In this document: piece by piece, positions 1 through 14,123 of the stretch
Numbering within the stretch: the stretch's first letter is position 1
How the letters are laid out: every line of letters starts with the position of its first letter
DNA from: Chrysomallon squamiferum
Lineage: Eukaryota; Animalia; Mollusca
Assembly (NCBI GenBank): GCA_012295275.1
Contig: CM022665.1
Span: forward strand, 26,722,001 to 26,786,000
Length of the DNA stretch: 64,000 nucleotides
Reading direction: 5' to 3'
Translations under genes and position numbers: made by a program
Notes under the pieces: generated by a model
Seen by the model: only the letters and a program-made list of their open reading frames with translations
The model's database searches: none
What the model was told of the DNA's origin: nothing

Positions 1-2620
1 TACAATGCAGACATATTATTAACTTAACCAACACAACCTAAGTACACCTGGTACCTTACACTCATATAACACCTTCATTCTGATAACCTAGCATGGTTTG
101 CATTGCCAACAACTTGCTGCTAAATACACTGCATCCTTATTTGACACTATCTTGTGAAAACAATTACAGTTTGATAAAGTGTGCTACCTTGAAAAGCCAT
201 GTTTAATGACAAAACAAGAATAATTACATTATCAGCCAAAGCTTTATTGCTGGTTGTTTTTTTTACATTCTTTTTCACACTTTTTTAAAAATTTTATTAA
301 TAATTTCTTTGATAAAATAAAATGAAATAAACATAAAAATGAAAATAAAGAAACAATCAGAAATTTAAACAGTCTTTATCAATAATTTCTTTAATAAAAA
401 AAAAAAAAAAAGATTACTACTACTACTGCTACTGCTACTGCTATTTATTATTATTATTACAACTGTTATTAATATACATGTATTCTTGAAAACTCTGATA
501 TAGCTACATTTTTTTATTGTTGTTGTTGTTGTAAATGGACAAGAATAAAAATAAAAATATACATAATAATGATATAACAATAGCAATAATAAATCATCCC
601 ACCTGCACCTAATTCCCCTTTAATAAGATGCATATGTGTGCAGTAGATATGTTACAAGTGCAGTCCTCAAAATACACCCAATACTCTATATTTTTTTTTA
701 TTAAAAAAAATAAATGATAAAAAAACCTCCAACCTTCAAGTTTTCAATTACCCATGAGGAACAAAAATGATTAACCTTAGTGCAGGTCTTGTGAAGTGTT
801 TGAAACGGCCCCTGATTTATGTTAGCCCATTGAGATTGTTGCCGTAGTTAATAGCTTGCTGTTAAGGAGATAGGCAGCAAATGGATAAACTAATCATCAG
901 ATGTGTATATATCAGAATATCTCACTTCACATTTAATGGTAATCTGGTGTAATAACAACTTGAGAGTGTATGAATTGCTATTCTCTCTCTCTCTCTCTCT
1001 CAGCCAATTAGAACTTTGTTGAAAAGCTCTTCACAAACAGAAAGACATTCCGGAGTGAAGAAATGATACCAAATTAGACGACTGTGATATAAGCTAATGA
1101 TAAATATGTAATTTTTCATTTCTGGAATATTTAAAGGAAACATAATTTTTTTATTTAATTTGATAAAAAAAAAAAATTAAAAAAAATCTTTATTTGGAAA
1201 ATCTTTTGGGTGGTCTTTCTCTCTTGTGGCACTTGAATTTATTCCAGTTTATTAAATCTAAAGTAGCTCTCTGGCTTTTATCTTTCAACAGAGAAACAAA
1301 CAGAGACTTGCCACAAGGGGGAAGAGCTTAATAATCAGAGGCAAATGGATAGACGTCTGATTGTACTTCCTGACAAGCCAGCTGCAGTCAGTCTAAAGCA
1401 AGCAGCAGTCAGTGGCTATACTCCTATGACAAAATCGACATGTAAATATTAACATTTCTCTTTCACACTTTCTTTTTTTTACTACTGTCTACATCAGCTT
1501 GTATCAACTATTGACAAGTGTAATCTGGGCTCAGCACATACTTTGAAAACTAAGCCTCTCCATGTGTAACCACACACCACCATCAGTTTCTAGAAAACTA
1601 TTGTCCATGGCAAATTGTGGCTCAACTGATATGGGTGTTTAATGACAGACAGGATGCTATCACTTAGAAGTTCTTGACTCTCTGCGGGGCCTCAACAATG
1701 ATGTAAAGAGTGGGAGGTGCCCTGCTACACTGACATTAATGTTTAAACACAGTCTGATTGTACCATATAACCAGCAGGATAGAGGTAAATAAAGATAGGA
1801 AAGCACATAAAAACGCACACAAATGTAAATGGGCATGGGTAAAGGAGGACAAAATTGTAAATAGGTTTATATGAGAGATAGAGATAAATTAACTTTTTGC
1901 TATTTCTGGTTGTTTTCTTTAACAAGAACCATTTGGAACAGAATTAACACCACAAGTATTTCCAGGGTGTGCTAATGTTACAGTTTTTTGTGTACAATAA
2001 GCGAGGAGATACAGTTGTCATTCTCAATAATTGATCTGATTTATTAATTTTATTAATATACACATAAAACTTAAAAATTAATAGTTTGATTGTTACCAAG
2101 TAGAAGAAATTTTAAAATCAATTTCATAAATGAGAACACCAGCGATTAACTGAAAATTTGAAGCCTATGCAATATTAAAAATGATCAGGTGTCCATTACA
2201 ATTATGAGAAAACCCAATGTCACAGCTACATTAGATTACTCTTACTGGCTAACCATATAGGATTCTGCAAAAATGGAAAAGCTGAAAATATGACCTTTGA
2301 TAACTCAGTCGATGAAAACAGTTCTATGTTTGCACTAAACAAGATTAAACCTTTCTATCATACCTAAGGCCTGAATTCTTCCACTGAATTTTTAAGTCCA
2401 CTTTCTGAAACAATACACTACACAAACTGAACTTTTACTAACTAATGTGATTTTGAGATCATCATGTAAATTTTTAAAAATATATAATCAACTTTAATTC
2501 TTTTAACAAGAAGAATGGAATACATCACCATTTTTCATTTTTTCCTTTGAAATAAAATATTTATTTATTTATATGAATGAAATTAACGAAAGCAACTTAC
2601 CACATACATTGTGTATAGTA

Positions 2621-2767
2621 CTATATATATTTTGTTTGATTCAAAGCTCTGTGAGCAAAATTATCATCAGTTATCCTATCCCAGTCCAACTGTGTTTGCC
2701 CTACAATAAAACCAAGTTCACGTCTACGATGCTGTGCCTGTTTCTCTTCAATATCTGCCCATCTCAC
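2621..2767 (-). CDS. YLPM1: YLPM1 last coding exon (VRWADIEEKQAQHRRRELGFIVGQTQLDWDRITDDNFAHRALNQTKYI*)
   Basis: tttcag acceptor, 147 nt ending in TAG at 2623-2621; completes the RVRW PP1-docking motif. Confidence 0.94.
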   Translation of the reverse strand: MRWADIEEKQAQHRRRELGFIVGQTQLDWDRITDDNFAHRALNQTKYI

Positions 2768-5700
2768 CTGAAATCAAAGCAAAACAAATGGTATTATTTA
2801 ATATTATGATCATTATCTAAATCAAATCCCATGTGATTTAATGGTCAGATGTCTAACTACAGTATAGTATTAACTAAAAGCAGTAAAATTGGCAATTGAA
2901 AATTTCAGTTGATGAAACCATGTTTAAAACTTAGTAAAAGTTTAATGAAAATACATGATAAAAGGAAAATAAAACTCCCTTCCCCAACATTTTCTAGTTA
3001 AAAAAGTGTTACCATCTCTATTTTTAACATTCAGGTGGCATACACTTTGCAAATGGAAAATCATTTTTCAATGTGTCAAAGTATGTATCCATGAGTTATC
3101 TCCCTTCAGATATTATTTACAAATATATATAAAGAAAGAGAAATGGAAGAAAAAAAAAAAAGAAAGAAAAAAGAACATATGCCCCAATCAAAAAAAACAC
3201 CCAAAAAGCCCAACAAAATAAGGAAAAGAAAAAGAAAAAATAGAGAGAGGAAGTGATTCCAGATTTCAAGGACTGATATCTTTTGATAATCCAATGTTAT
3301 CACTCTAGATGTTGAAACATATGGCAGACAGCAGACAGCAAGTGAAAATTAACATTCAACTTCCACATGGAAAGCAACATAAAAATGTTTTTTCTTTCTT
3401 TTTACTTCTTTTTATGTAAATCCCATATCAAGAAGCTACTTCAATTTATATAGATAATGACTTAAGAGGAATAATTTTCAAATGCCTTATCTCAAAACAC
3501 ATACACATTATCACAGGCATAATAAATTATTGTGTGCATGACCGAATTAAGTAAGCACTTTTATGAAAATAGGAAATGTATGTGACCTATGAATAAGTTG
3601 TCACAGACCATGGGCTGGAAAGGGACTGAATGAAGAAATGTAAAAATTAACTGGTATCCTGCACTGAAAGGACCATAAACTGAAAGACAAATCCATTACC
3701 TTTGACACATTAGACATCCACCAGCTGAACAGAAAATACATTTGGGAAAAAAAGAATAAAAGAAAACAGTTTGGGAATTCAAATAATACTAATAGTGAAT
3801 GTTTTGCAGTTAAGGTGTGAAAAATGACATTTCCAAAGAAAACAGCAGATCACCAACGTGAATATATTAATGAAATAGTTAAAATGTAGTTAAATAAAAA
3901 TGACAATGATAAACTCACCCTCTTCTTTCCAGGGATGGATCTACGATTAAAATAATCCATCTGAAGAAAATCCTCAACACTTTGTGGAGATGGTGAACGT
4001 TTGCGTTTATTTAATCGAAGACCATCAAGTTTATCTGTAAGAAAATATCACAGGTAATATCAGTGATTGCTGGAAACCATGTACAAACAAAAATATCTGC
4101 TTCAATACAAAGACAAAGAAAGAATTTTAAGGAATAAAAAAAAACAACAACAGAAGAATTTAATAGTGTTTAATAAAATTGAAATAAAACATCACCTTAC
4201 CACATCTGATGTACAACTGTGGCAGATCCAATTCCAATATTCAGTTTCAAGATAAGCGATTAAATTTAAAATTTCCGAATGAAAATGTTTCATCATTTAA
4301 ACTCTCGAAGTAAAATTATTAACTCTATTCAGTCAAAATGTTTTGGAAATTTGCTTTTGAACCACATTGCAAAATTAGCATACTTATTGATGTTTTCATT
4401 ATTGTTTATTTTGTTTTTGCTATGCAATCCACAAAAAGCAGCAGCAGCAAACTATTTCAATATAGTAGATTCTAAGACACACGAGACTCACGAACTGGAA
4501 GTGCCAAGGTCTTAATAATAACAGGCCGATTCAAATTAGGGGTCACACTAAAATGATGATAATAATTTTATACATGAACTGATAAATGAAGTAACACTTG
4601 CATATATGGCAGATAAATATACTCGATGCACTCTTTCCAATTTGTTGTTCACTTAAGTAATAAAGTCATAGTTAAAGTAAAGTGAATAATAAATATATAA
4701 CACAGAAAAAAGGATTTATAAACAAAGAAAAAAAAATTACATTCCATCTGCCATTCAAATGTAGACATCTGAAGCTGTAGTAAACTAAAGAACAAATAAT
4801 AAGATAAGGCTTAGTGCAGCATTCAGGGTAATAAGTAATAAAACTCAGAATGATTCAAATCAGATTATAAAATAGTAAAAAAACAAAAAAAAACATTAAA
4901 AAAAAATCTGGAGACACGTTCTGTCTTAGGGAATGATGCAGCAGCATTGCATTTGGATGCTTGCAAGCATAAGGACAAATCTTAAAATGTAAAAGAGGGG
5001 AGAAAAAGGACAGGAGAATAAAAAATTAAGTTAGCTGCATGTCTCCTGTTTTCACAATAAAAATGCAGGACAGTTTGTTGTATACAATTTTTTTGCACAG
5101 GAAAATTTTCTCATACAAATGTGCACCATAAAAAGTATTAAAAACCTATTTTTAAATTTATCATCTGAATATGTATTTAAATACAGTAATAATAAGAACC
5201 CCCCTAAAATCCCCACAATAAAACAGTACAGATTAAAGTTATCCAAGCATATATTTATGCTATACTTGTTTTATACAAGGATTTGTGTTACACAAGTGAA
5301 GAAATGAATCATTCACATGGCAAGATTTTATTAAAAATAAAATTTCAAAGCCATGACCATAACAGCAGTGTATGTCATGGGTTTTGTACATTATTTATTT
5401 ACTTTGTAAAAATAATTCAGAGAACTGTTTTTAAAACATTATTATTATTATTACAAGTAACAGATACAGACAGACAAACACATATATAATATTAAAGAAC
5501 AATGTTAATATATCAAAGCAACAATTTATAATTGTACACTGACTATAACCTAAAACTGGATAAATAAATAAATAGATGGTTTTTTGATACTTTAAAAGTT
5601 ATTTTCTTAAATTTTAGTCAGAAGATTTAATAATAATAATATAATAGGAAATGTGTTGTAGCCGACGCTTGGCGATTTGTTCTTAACATCTAGCTACAAG

Positions 5701-7552
5701 GGATCTTTTATGAAACAGGAAAATAAGCACTTGACAAGGATGGGCAAATTGAGACATCAGTAAGAATGTAAAATGTTAAGAAAATACATCATTAACTCCT
5801 GCTTAAAAAAAGCTTTAACATTAATTTTGTGTATGTATAAGACTGTGAGAGGGAAAGTGTATGTAAAGAAAAGACACAACACCCAAAATAAAATGTGTGT
5901 GCACTTGTGCATATATGTGTGTATGTGTGGGTGGGTGCATGTGTGCCTGTGTCATGCTTCTGTGTGTGTAGCTATGGATGTATCAATTTAATACTTGGTT
6001 TAAAAAATCACAGGTATCACAAATATAATACACAGAAGCAGTTAGGATCATCAGTGAAAATACTGTTTGGACAGTTTCATATAAACAAGAGATTCATGTG
6101 TTCTGAAATCCTTCATTTGTGAAACATTAATACTGATTCATCACTTAAGTTTCTGATTACTGACACAATTTCTGGGTTTTTTTTTATATCTTTAATTTCT
6201 TAGTTGGGGGAGCTGTTTGTTTGTTTGTTGTTTTTCTTTCATTATTACAATTTTCATTTCTCAGAAAAAACTCCATTAAAATATAAATGAACAGGCAAAA
6301 TTCAAGATTTTTATGCCACAAAGGTATGAAGGTTAAAAAGTAATCTTCTCAATCTGTGATGATACTTTTGTTGAGTTTAGCCATTTATTTCTTACATTTA
6401 CTAAATTGCTGTTTACTTTAAAATGAATGACCGTGTTGAAAAACTAGTCTAAACAGTTTACAAACATTTATTTTAAATAGGAACAGCTTGACTTATTCAT
6501 GTGCATGTAATAATGCTGACATACATTTTAAAGTTCATCTGTGATTCAACTACTGATAATGCATGATATCTAAAAACTAAACTAATTGCCTTTTGGATTT
6601 TTCAATGGGGCTTTTTATGCAACTTTTTAAATAATGGTCACATTTAGTTTAATTTTCACTTATTATTTTATTTCTTAATGACTGTACTAATTGAATTACT
6701 TAGTTTTTGTTAAATATATAAAAAGGATATTAATACCTGTAAGAAAAGCCATTGTTTACCCTAAATATACATTTTTTAAATTAGTGTCAATTCTACAGTA
6801 GCTAAGCTATCACAATGGTAAATACTGAGGTTATACTCTGGTACCAGTTTTACATGGAACTGAACATACGGTCTAAGAACCAAAACAAACTTGACACACT
6901 ATGCCTGGCATCATAATTAAAAACAAGAAAAATAAAAAATAAAAAAATAAAAATAAAAAAGATTCTAAACTAATTTTACGGACAACTTTATTCCTTTTTT
7001 ATCTTCATTTGATTATTTTGTAAAACAGCAAAATCAAAATAATTTTAATATATTACTGGCAGTCAGAGATTATGATTTGTACATTATCAGCAGCACATTT
7101 TAAATTTTTATTATATATTTTACGACTGCAAATAATATGGACATGTTATAATAAAATAATTAAATTTTTGCGTCTTTGAAATAATGGTACTATAAACATC
7201 ATTCTATTTTCATCAGATGAAGAAAACAGATAAATAATGGGAGTTGATTCTTATCATTTCTTATTATTGACTTGCAAGTACTAGATGAGATGCATGTTAT
7301 TGACTGGAACAAAAACATTAATAATACACAGAAATAGTAACAAAAATTAATAAACTATTCAGTGAACATGTGGCGTTAAATATTATCTTAAATTACATAG
7401 TTCAGTTTAACGACCAAAGTCTACAAAATAAGTACATACCTTGCACATGATTGTCAGATAAAACTGTTATAATAGTAAAGCTAATGCAAATTTTTGAAAA
7501 TATAACTGATTATGAATGCTATTGTTAAGTGTCTCATTTTTTACATAAATTA

Positions 7553-7589
<37 letters not shown>

Positions 7590-7706
7590 TTTTTTAATGA
7601 AAGTTTGATCATGAGTAGATTCTGTGGATTCTTAGTAAGACTAGGCAATGACACCTGCCCACACACACACCCAAACAAAAAACACACAAAGTATAAGAGT
7701 GTGTGT

Positions 7707-7784
<78 letters not shown>

Positions 7785-10700
7785 TCATATTTAATTGGGC
7801 TGTCATAAAGCTTGCTGGGAAGGGCATGATTCAACATGCACCAGTGGGCTAGCATAGATTCAAAAATTATTTCAGACTGTGACACAGGCATTGTTAATGT
7901 TAAAACATGTTTTTTTCACAACTGTTATTATATCTGATACAGACGGCTGCACAATTTGAAAAACAATACTGAAAAGATAAACAAACTTTTCTGAACAGCA
8001 TAAAAAGTATTTCAAATGTTTATGATGTAACAAAGAAAAAATGTACCAATTAATGCTCTTTTCATACAACTAACATGAAAACAAAGAAACACATATTTAT
8101 TATTATGGGTTTTTTCTTTTGTTGTTTTCTTGGTGGGAGAAGATTGTTTTTAATGCAGCACATGTAGGTTTATATGAGCTAGTCAGGTTAATTAATTAAA
8201 AGTGCAGACAGTATAATAAAAACTATAATTAATTTGCTATATTATACACTACTGTGAACTTTTAGCATAAAAGGATATGAAATAAGCCATCACATTTTTG
8301 GGGGAATTTGTAGAGACGAGTTTGTGATGGTTTGTTGAAATTTACAGTAATGGATGAGATCAACCAACACTATTAAAGTAATACATTTTTATACTACATA
8401 CAATAAACTGAAATAAAATTCTTTAGAGTAAAATGGATACCATCTATTTCATTCTGGGTGGGGTTTTCTTGGGATCTCTTTTTCTTATTGAGACAAACAT
8501 AAAGGTGGTATAGGTTGGTTTGCAGTTAAGCAATATGAACAGTACACACAAAGAAAGTAACAAAAATAAAATAAAAATATGTTAAAACTTCATGACTTTT
8601 TGATTGGATTTTTGTTGATACAGCATCATGGACAGTATACTGTAGATATCTGAGTAATATAAGATGATACATATCTTATTTTTGGTGGGGTTTTCATGAA
8701 GCCTTAAAAGAGGTTTTTTTGAAAAGTACATCTATGTTATGCGTGGGACAGTCTGGGCACTATATATATATAATAGATAAATAAATACATTGTGGATCAT
8801 AAAATGAAACAAAATAACATATTTCATCCTGGGAGGGACTGTTTTGGATTTTTTGTCAATACAGCATCATGGACAGTATACTGTAGATATCTGAGTAATA
8901 TAAGATGATACATATCTTATTTTTGGTGGGGTTTTCACGAAGCCTTTCAAAGGTTTTTTTGAAAAGTACATCTATGTTATGCATGGGACAGTCTGGGCAT
9001 ATAATGAAACAAAATAACATATTTCATCCTGGGAGGGACTGTTTTGGATTTTTTGTCAATATAGCATCATGGACAGTATACTGTAGATATCTGAGTAATA
9101 TAAGATGATACATATCTTATTTTTGGTGGGGTTTTCACGAAGCCTTTCAGAGGTTTTTTTGAAAAGTACATCTATGTTATGCATGGGACAGTCTGGGCAT
9201 ATAATGAGGGACTGTTTTGGTTTATACAAAAAGATAGGTCTTTTTTGTTGGCCATTTTTCTTTGTCAGAATGAGTAGTATACACAGTGTAATAAAATAAA
9301 ATCCAATCTACTATAAACATTAAAAGAAAACAAACATATCATCTATCTCAGTTTAGATAGGTTATTTCAGAAACCTATCAATATAGTCATGATATTGATC
9401 AGTTTATACAATAAATAATATATCTATACATACAGCATAGATTATAGGTTTTCAACCTGGGGGTTGCCAGCCTTTTTTCTGGGGGTCGCGAGTACGTTCT
9501 TGAGTGAGGGGATGTTTTAGCTTTTTTCAACTTGACTTGGAAGGAGGAATAAATAAAAATGTGCAGAAAGGTTTTGGACCCGTCATAGTGAATATAGATT
9601 CCTTTTGTACTGTCTTTGGTTGATGAGAATATGGTAATCCTAGATATTACTGAATCGAAAAATTTAAAGGGGGTCATCAGTCATACTGAGTTGCTCATAA
9701 TGGGTCGCGGTATGAAAAAGAAGGTTGAAAACCCGTGGCATAGAATGTACACAGTAAAATAAAAAGTTGTCTAATTTGTTTGGTCTATTTTGGGTGGAAA
9801 GGCAATTTCAACTTCTCAGTTGAACACAGAATACTCTGATTTACTATACACAGTAAGTAAGACTGAATTTGTTTTGGACTCAAGATTTAAATGGGATGGG
9901 CACATTTGTCTGCCAAGCAGCATGGACAGTGTATATATTTCTTATACAAATTTTTTTTTATCGAAGTATCATTTGTAAGGACAATAATGTCTATATTGCT
10001 ACAAAACACTGTAGCAACAACATTGGTAATAATCAGTATTACATCAGTTTGAAAGATGTAAACAAATTCAACACACTTACCTAATTGTTCTTCTGATGCT
10101 TCAATCTCCCATCTTGATTTCTGGTTTATCTGCCAAAACATCAATTTTTTAAATATCAGTGGCTGAAACAGACATTCAGTGACAATTTTATCCATGTTTC
10201 ATTATAGTTATTACATTAAAATGTGAACCACATGTCAGTTTTGATGTGGACTTGTCTTTTTTACTACCAAAGAAATATGACACAGAAAAATGGGAACTGA
10301 GGTACTGCAAATGTTGAAACAACAACTATTTCTGATAGTTTTATTTTGCTTCAGTACACAACTTACAAGATATATACAAAGGAATGTCATTTTGAAAATA
10401 CTGTCTATAATTTTATGGGCTAAATAGTTATGGCTTGGGGAGGAATTATGTCGAGTGGATCTATGACAGGTCCAGGATATAATATATTTACACATTTCTA
10501 AAATGTGAAAATTAGGAGTGATGAGCATTAACATTTAGCTGTTTTATAGTTTGCAAGACATGTTACAATACATGTTACAATACTTTTAAACAAACATTGC
10601 AGAATACAAAATTTCCTATGGTTTTTGTCTTTATTTTCTTATCAGAAGAAAAATGAAAGAAATCTTATCAATTTCTTCTTGATGAATACCATATGAACAG

Positions 10701-11914
10701 CAGCAGTATTGAAAAACAGTGATTAAAACCAATCAGAGGTTGGTATTTAGTTATTTCAAAGTAGAAATGTTTTATGATTAAATTAACAGAAGACATTTAT
10801 CAGAAGCAATGCCTCTTCAGAAGATAACATATGTCATAAAAACACAAATATTCTTTTACAAAAGAAAAAAAAAGAAAAAATAATTGTTATCTTTAGGTAA
10901 ACGGTTGTATTGGTATTCACATCTTGACATGTTCTGTAGCTGATACCATTATCAATGAACAGCAATATAAAAACATGTTGTTCTAAACATTATAATAAAG
11001 TCATTTGGTAGGTATTATGAATTTTTTACTGTCCAATTCTAGCAATCCTAACTACTTGAAAATTATAAATAATAACATGCTAGATATATATAACATTTTT
11101 GAGCCTTCTAATGAATGTATGTGTGTTTAGAAAATTGCTTTTTGCAATTTAAATGAGTGTCAAAATCTGGGAATGTTTGAACAGTAAATGACTTCAGTCA
11201 CCCTTGATTTTTCTACACTGCAGATCCATACTTTGAATTGAGTTGGAATGTCACTAATATGTTTCTGTTTTAATGCATCCTGTGTGTTAAACCAACAGTG
11301 GCTTCAGTGTGTAGAAATATCAATATGTAAGTTGAAATAGACTGTTAAGAAAATTTGTAATTTTTTTAATGTACTTACCTACTTTTAAACATTAACAGAT
11401 CTTCCCAGCCAAAAAAATCAATCAACTCACTTTATTTTTTAAATGATATTTGCAATACATCATTATATCATGCATTTTATATACTATTCACAGAACCACT
11501 CAGAAAATCACTGGTCTGAAAATCTGTAAGTTAAACCAGCAAATGCTGAATTTCACCATCTTGCAAACCAAACACCATCTCTTGTTATGTAATTATTTTT
11601 TAACAATCTGTTCTACATGACAATATTGATAAACAAAACAAAATCTCATTCTTGGACATTTTTGGCTTTGGCCTAACCAGAACAGTGAATATTATTTTGC
11701 TGTTTATTCTAAATCAAAATAATTTTTGATTGAGGTTTACCCCTCCAAAGCTGTGAAGCTCCACTTTATCTTCCTCATCAACATCAGTCTCTTTTCTGTC
11801 AGGAGTTTCATCTTTTGATTTTTTCGTTGCTTCTTCTTTAGCTGCATCTTCCATCTCAACCTGTATCAAGTGGAATGGAATAGAGATATTATTTAAAATG
11901 TTAGATCTTTCCCA

Positions 11915-11946
<32 letters not shown>

Positions 11947-14073
11947 AAATAAAATAACAAGAACAATAATAATTAAATTTAAAAAAAGAAAGCAAACTTA
12001 GTAATTATAATGTGACTGCATGAACTATATCTTATTTTTCAAAATTAATTTTTTTATCTTCCTAAAAAAAAACAAATTAAAAAGAAAAAAAACCCCAACA
12101 AAATCTGAAATTTATTTATTATATAAAATTTCTGTTCACAAAAATAATTTGAAATATTTTTATAAAATAATAATAAATAATAATAACAGACAGAAAATAT
12201 TTTGCTTTACTATGATGTTAAGATAATTATATAGATTAAAAAACAACAACAACAACATAAATATATATCTCTAATATAAAAGAAAACATTCAAAATTAAC
12301 ATAAAAACTTTGAAACTATTTTTCAGAGGACAAACCTCTGTTATGGAATCTTCTTGAAGCAGCCATCTAATATCTAGTCTTAGGAAATGCCTTGGAGTTT
12401 CTTCCCATCTTTTCTGAATCTAAGGGGTAAAAAGAAATGAGTACATCCAATATTTGTTATATAGTAATAATAATTTCATGTTTAACATTTAATTAAGATT
12501 TGAAATTTTAAAGGGAGAATTCTAAGATACATTTTTAAATTGAACATTTTAACCATTCTGGATCAAGCATCAGGTTTAGCATTATATTACACTTAAATAG
12601 TTTTTACTAAAGATGACCTCTTTTAAAATACATTTAACATTATAAAGAAAAATATTTTATTTATTTATTAAATTTGTACTGATTTGCCATTTAGAATCTT
12701 ACCTTCTCTATGTCACTGAGTGTAAACTTATGGGTGTTTCTTTTGGAACAAATACTGATATCTGCTTCCACATGAGCTACATAAACCTGAAATAATAATT
12801 TAAAAAGATTACACAAATATTTATTTTTCAAACATCAAATTCACACACACATACAGAGAGACAAATAAATAAATACATGACAGCTCACATACACATATAT
12901 ACTAATTGTATCAGTCTGCCACATAACAGACAGCATAAGCAAATTACTGAATATAAATGACATATAAATGTAGACATTAGTCAAAATACCTTTATTAAAA
13001 ACTGAAAATATTGCATTTGATCATTAATATAAACAGAACTTAATTCAACACTGTAATTCCTCTATAGGCTGGACCTGTGGGTGGCAATCTGGTTTTGAGC
13101 ACACTATTTTCGTTTAAACCACATGAAGATCAAATTTGTAGATGTATATGCAGTAGTATCTTGACTTACGAGTTTAATTTGTTCTGTGACTGAGCTCATA
13201 ACTCAAATCAGTTTTCCCAAATGAAATTAATTGAAATACCATTAATCCATTCGAGCCCTAAAAAACCACCACAGTTTCTTGTAAAGTGTTTTTAAATAAG
13301 AAAAATGTATTTATAAATGACAAATATTCTTTAAAAAAATTATAAATCAAAGAGAATAAATTTCTTTTGAAAAGGGTATTTATCTTGGAGATCAGACAAA
13401 TTATTTTAACATTTTTGGCCTTTACCGACTCCTTTGTAACTCAGATTTTGACTTGCAATTCAAAGCACAAAATCGACTGGGTGACTGCTTGTAAGTTGGT
13501 GCACTCTTAAGTCAAGGTACCACTGTATTTACACTGTATTCAGGCTAGAATTTGAGGAGAGCTGGGTGCTCTCTTATTATTAAAGCACTTTCTGCATGAA
13601 TATTTTTTTATCAAGGCAATATTTTTTTATCAATTAAAGTTAAAAATAAATAAAATAACAAAATATGAAAATTATGGATTTGTAAATAATGTAACACTTG
13701 GGTTTACATACACAAAATATTTATACTTTTTGCACAATGCAACATCAGTGGGGACACACAGCTGATCAGTTTATTTCAAAGACAGCAACATTTGTTTTTT
13801 ACATTTTGAAATCTCTCTGCTGTCAGTGTTTCAGTGTCAGTGAATTTCCATTTCAGTCTAGTTTGGAACATTTAGTTTGTGCTCTCTGACTGTTTTTATC
13901 ATTTTCAACTGAAAAAAGACTCTTTCACACTCAGTACTGTTCAAAAGCTTTTCCTCTTTTTGCACTGCTCAAAACAGTGTTAATAATGGGTTTTCCTTAA
14001 TAAATAATAACAGTGTAGCTGCCAGATATTTTAAAATTTAGTATTGTTATTGTTGTTTTATTAAGAGATTTTT

Positions 14074-14123
<50 letters not shown>

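Noticed and set aside
6051-6144. Intronic box C/D snoRNA on the minus strand (GTGATGA...CTGA); similar shorter case at 4241-4295
   Set aside because: No terminal stem and no rRNA/snRNA complementarity I can recognise; these boxes are common in AT-rich DNA.
7605-7827. ORFs with RE or SL runs, also those at 28635, 41140 and 58863
   Set aside because: Translations of pure microsatellites.
8905-9299. Duplicated small ORFs MIHILFLVGF...
   Set aside because: By-product of the 200-bp intronic tandem repeat; the older copy has an in-frame stop.
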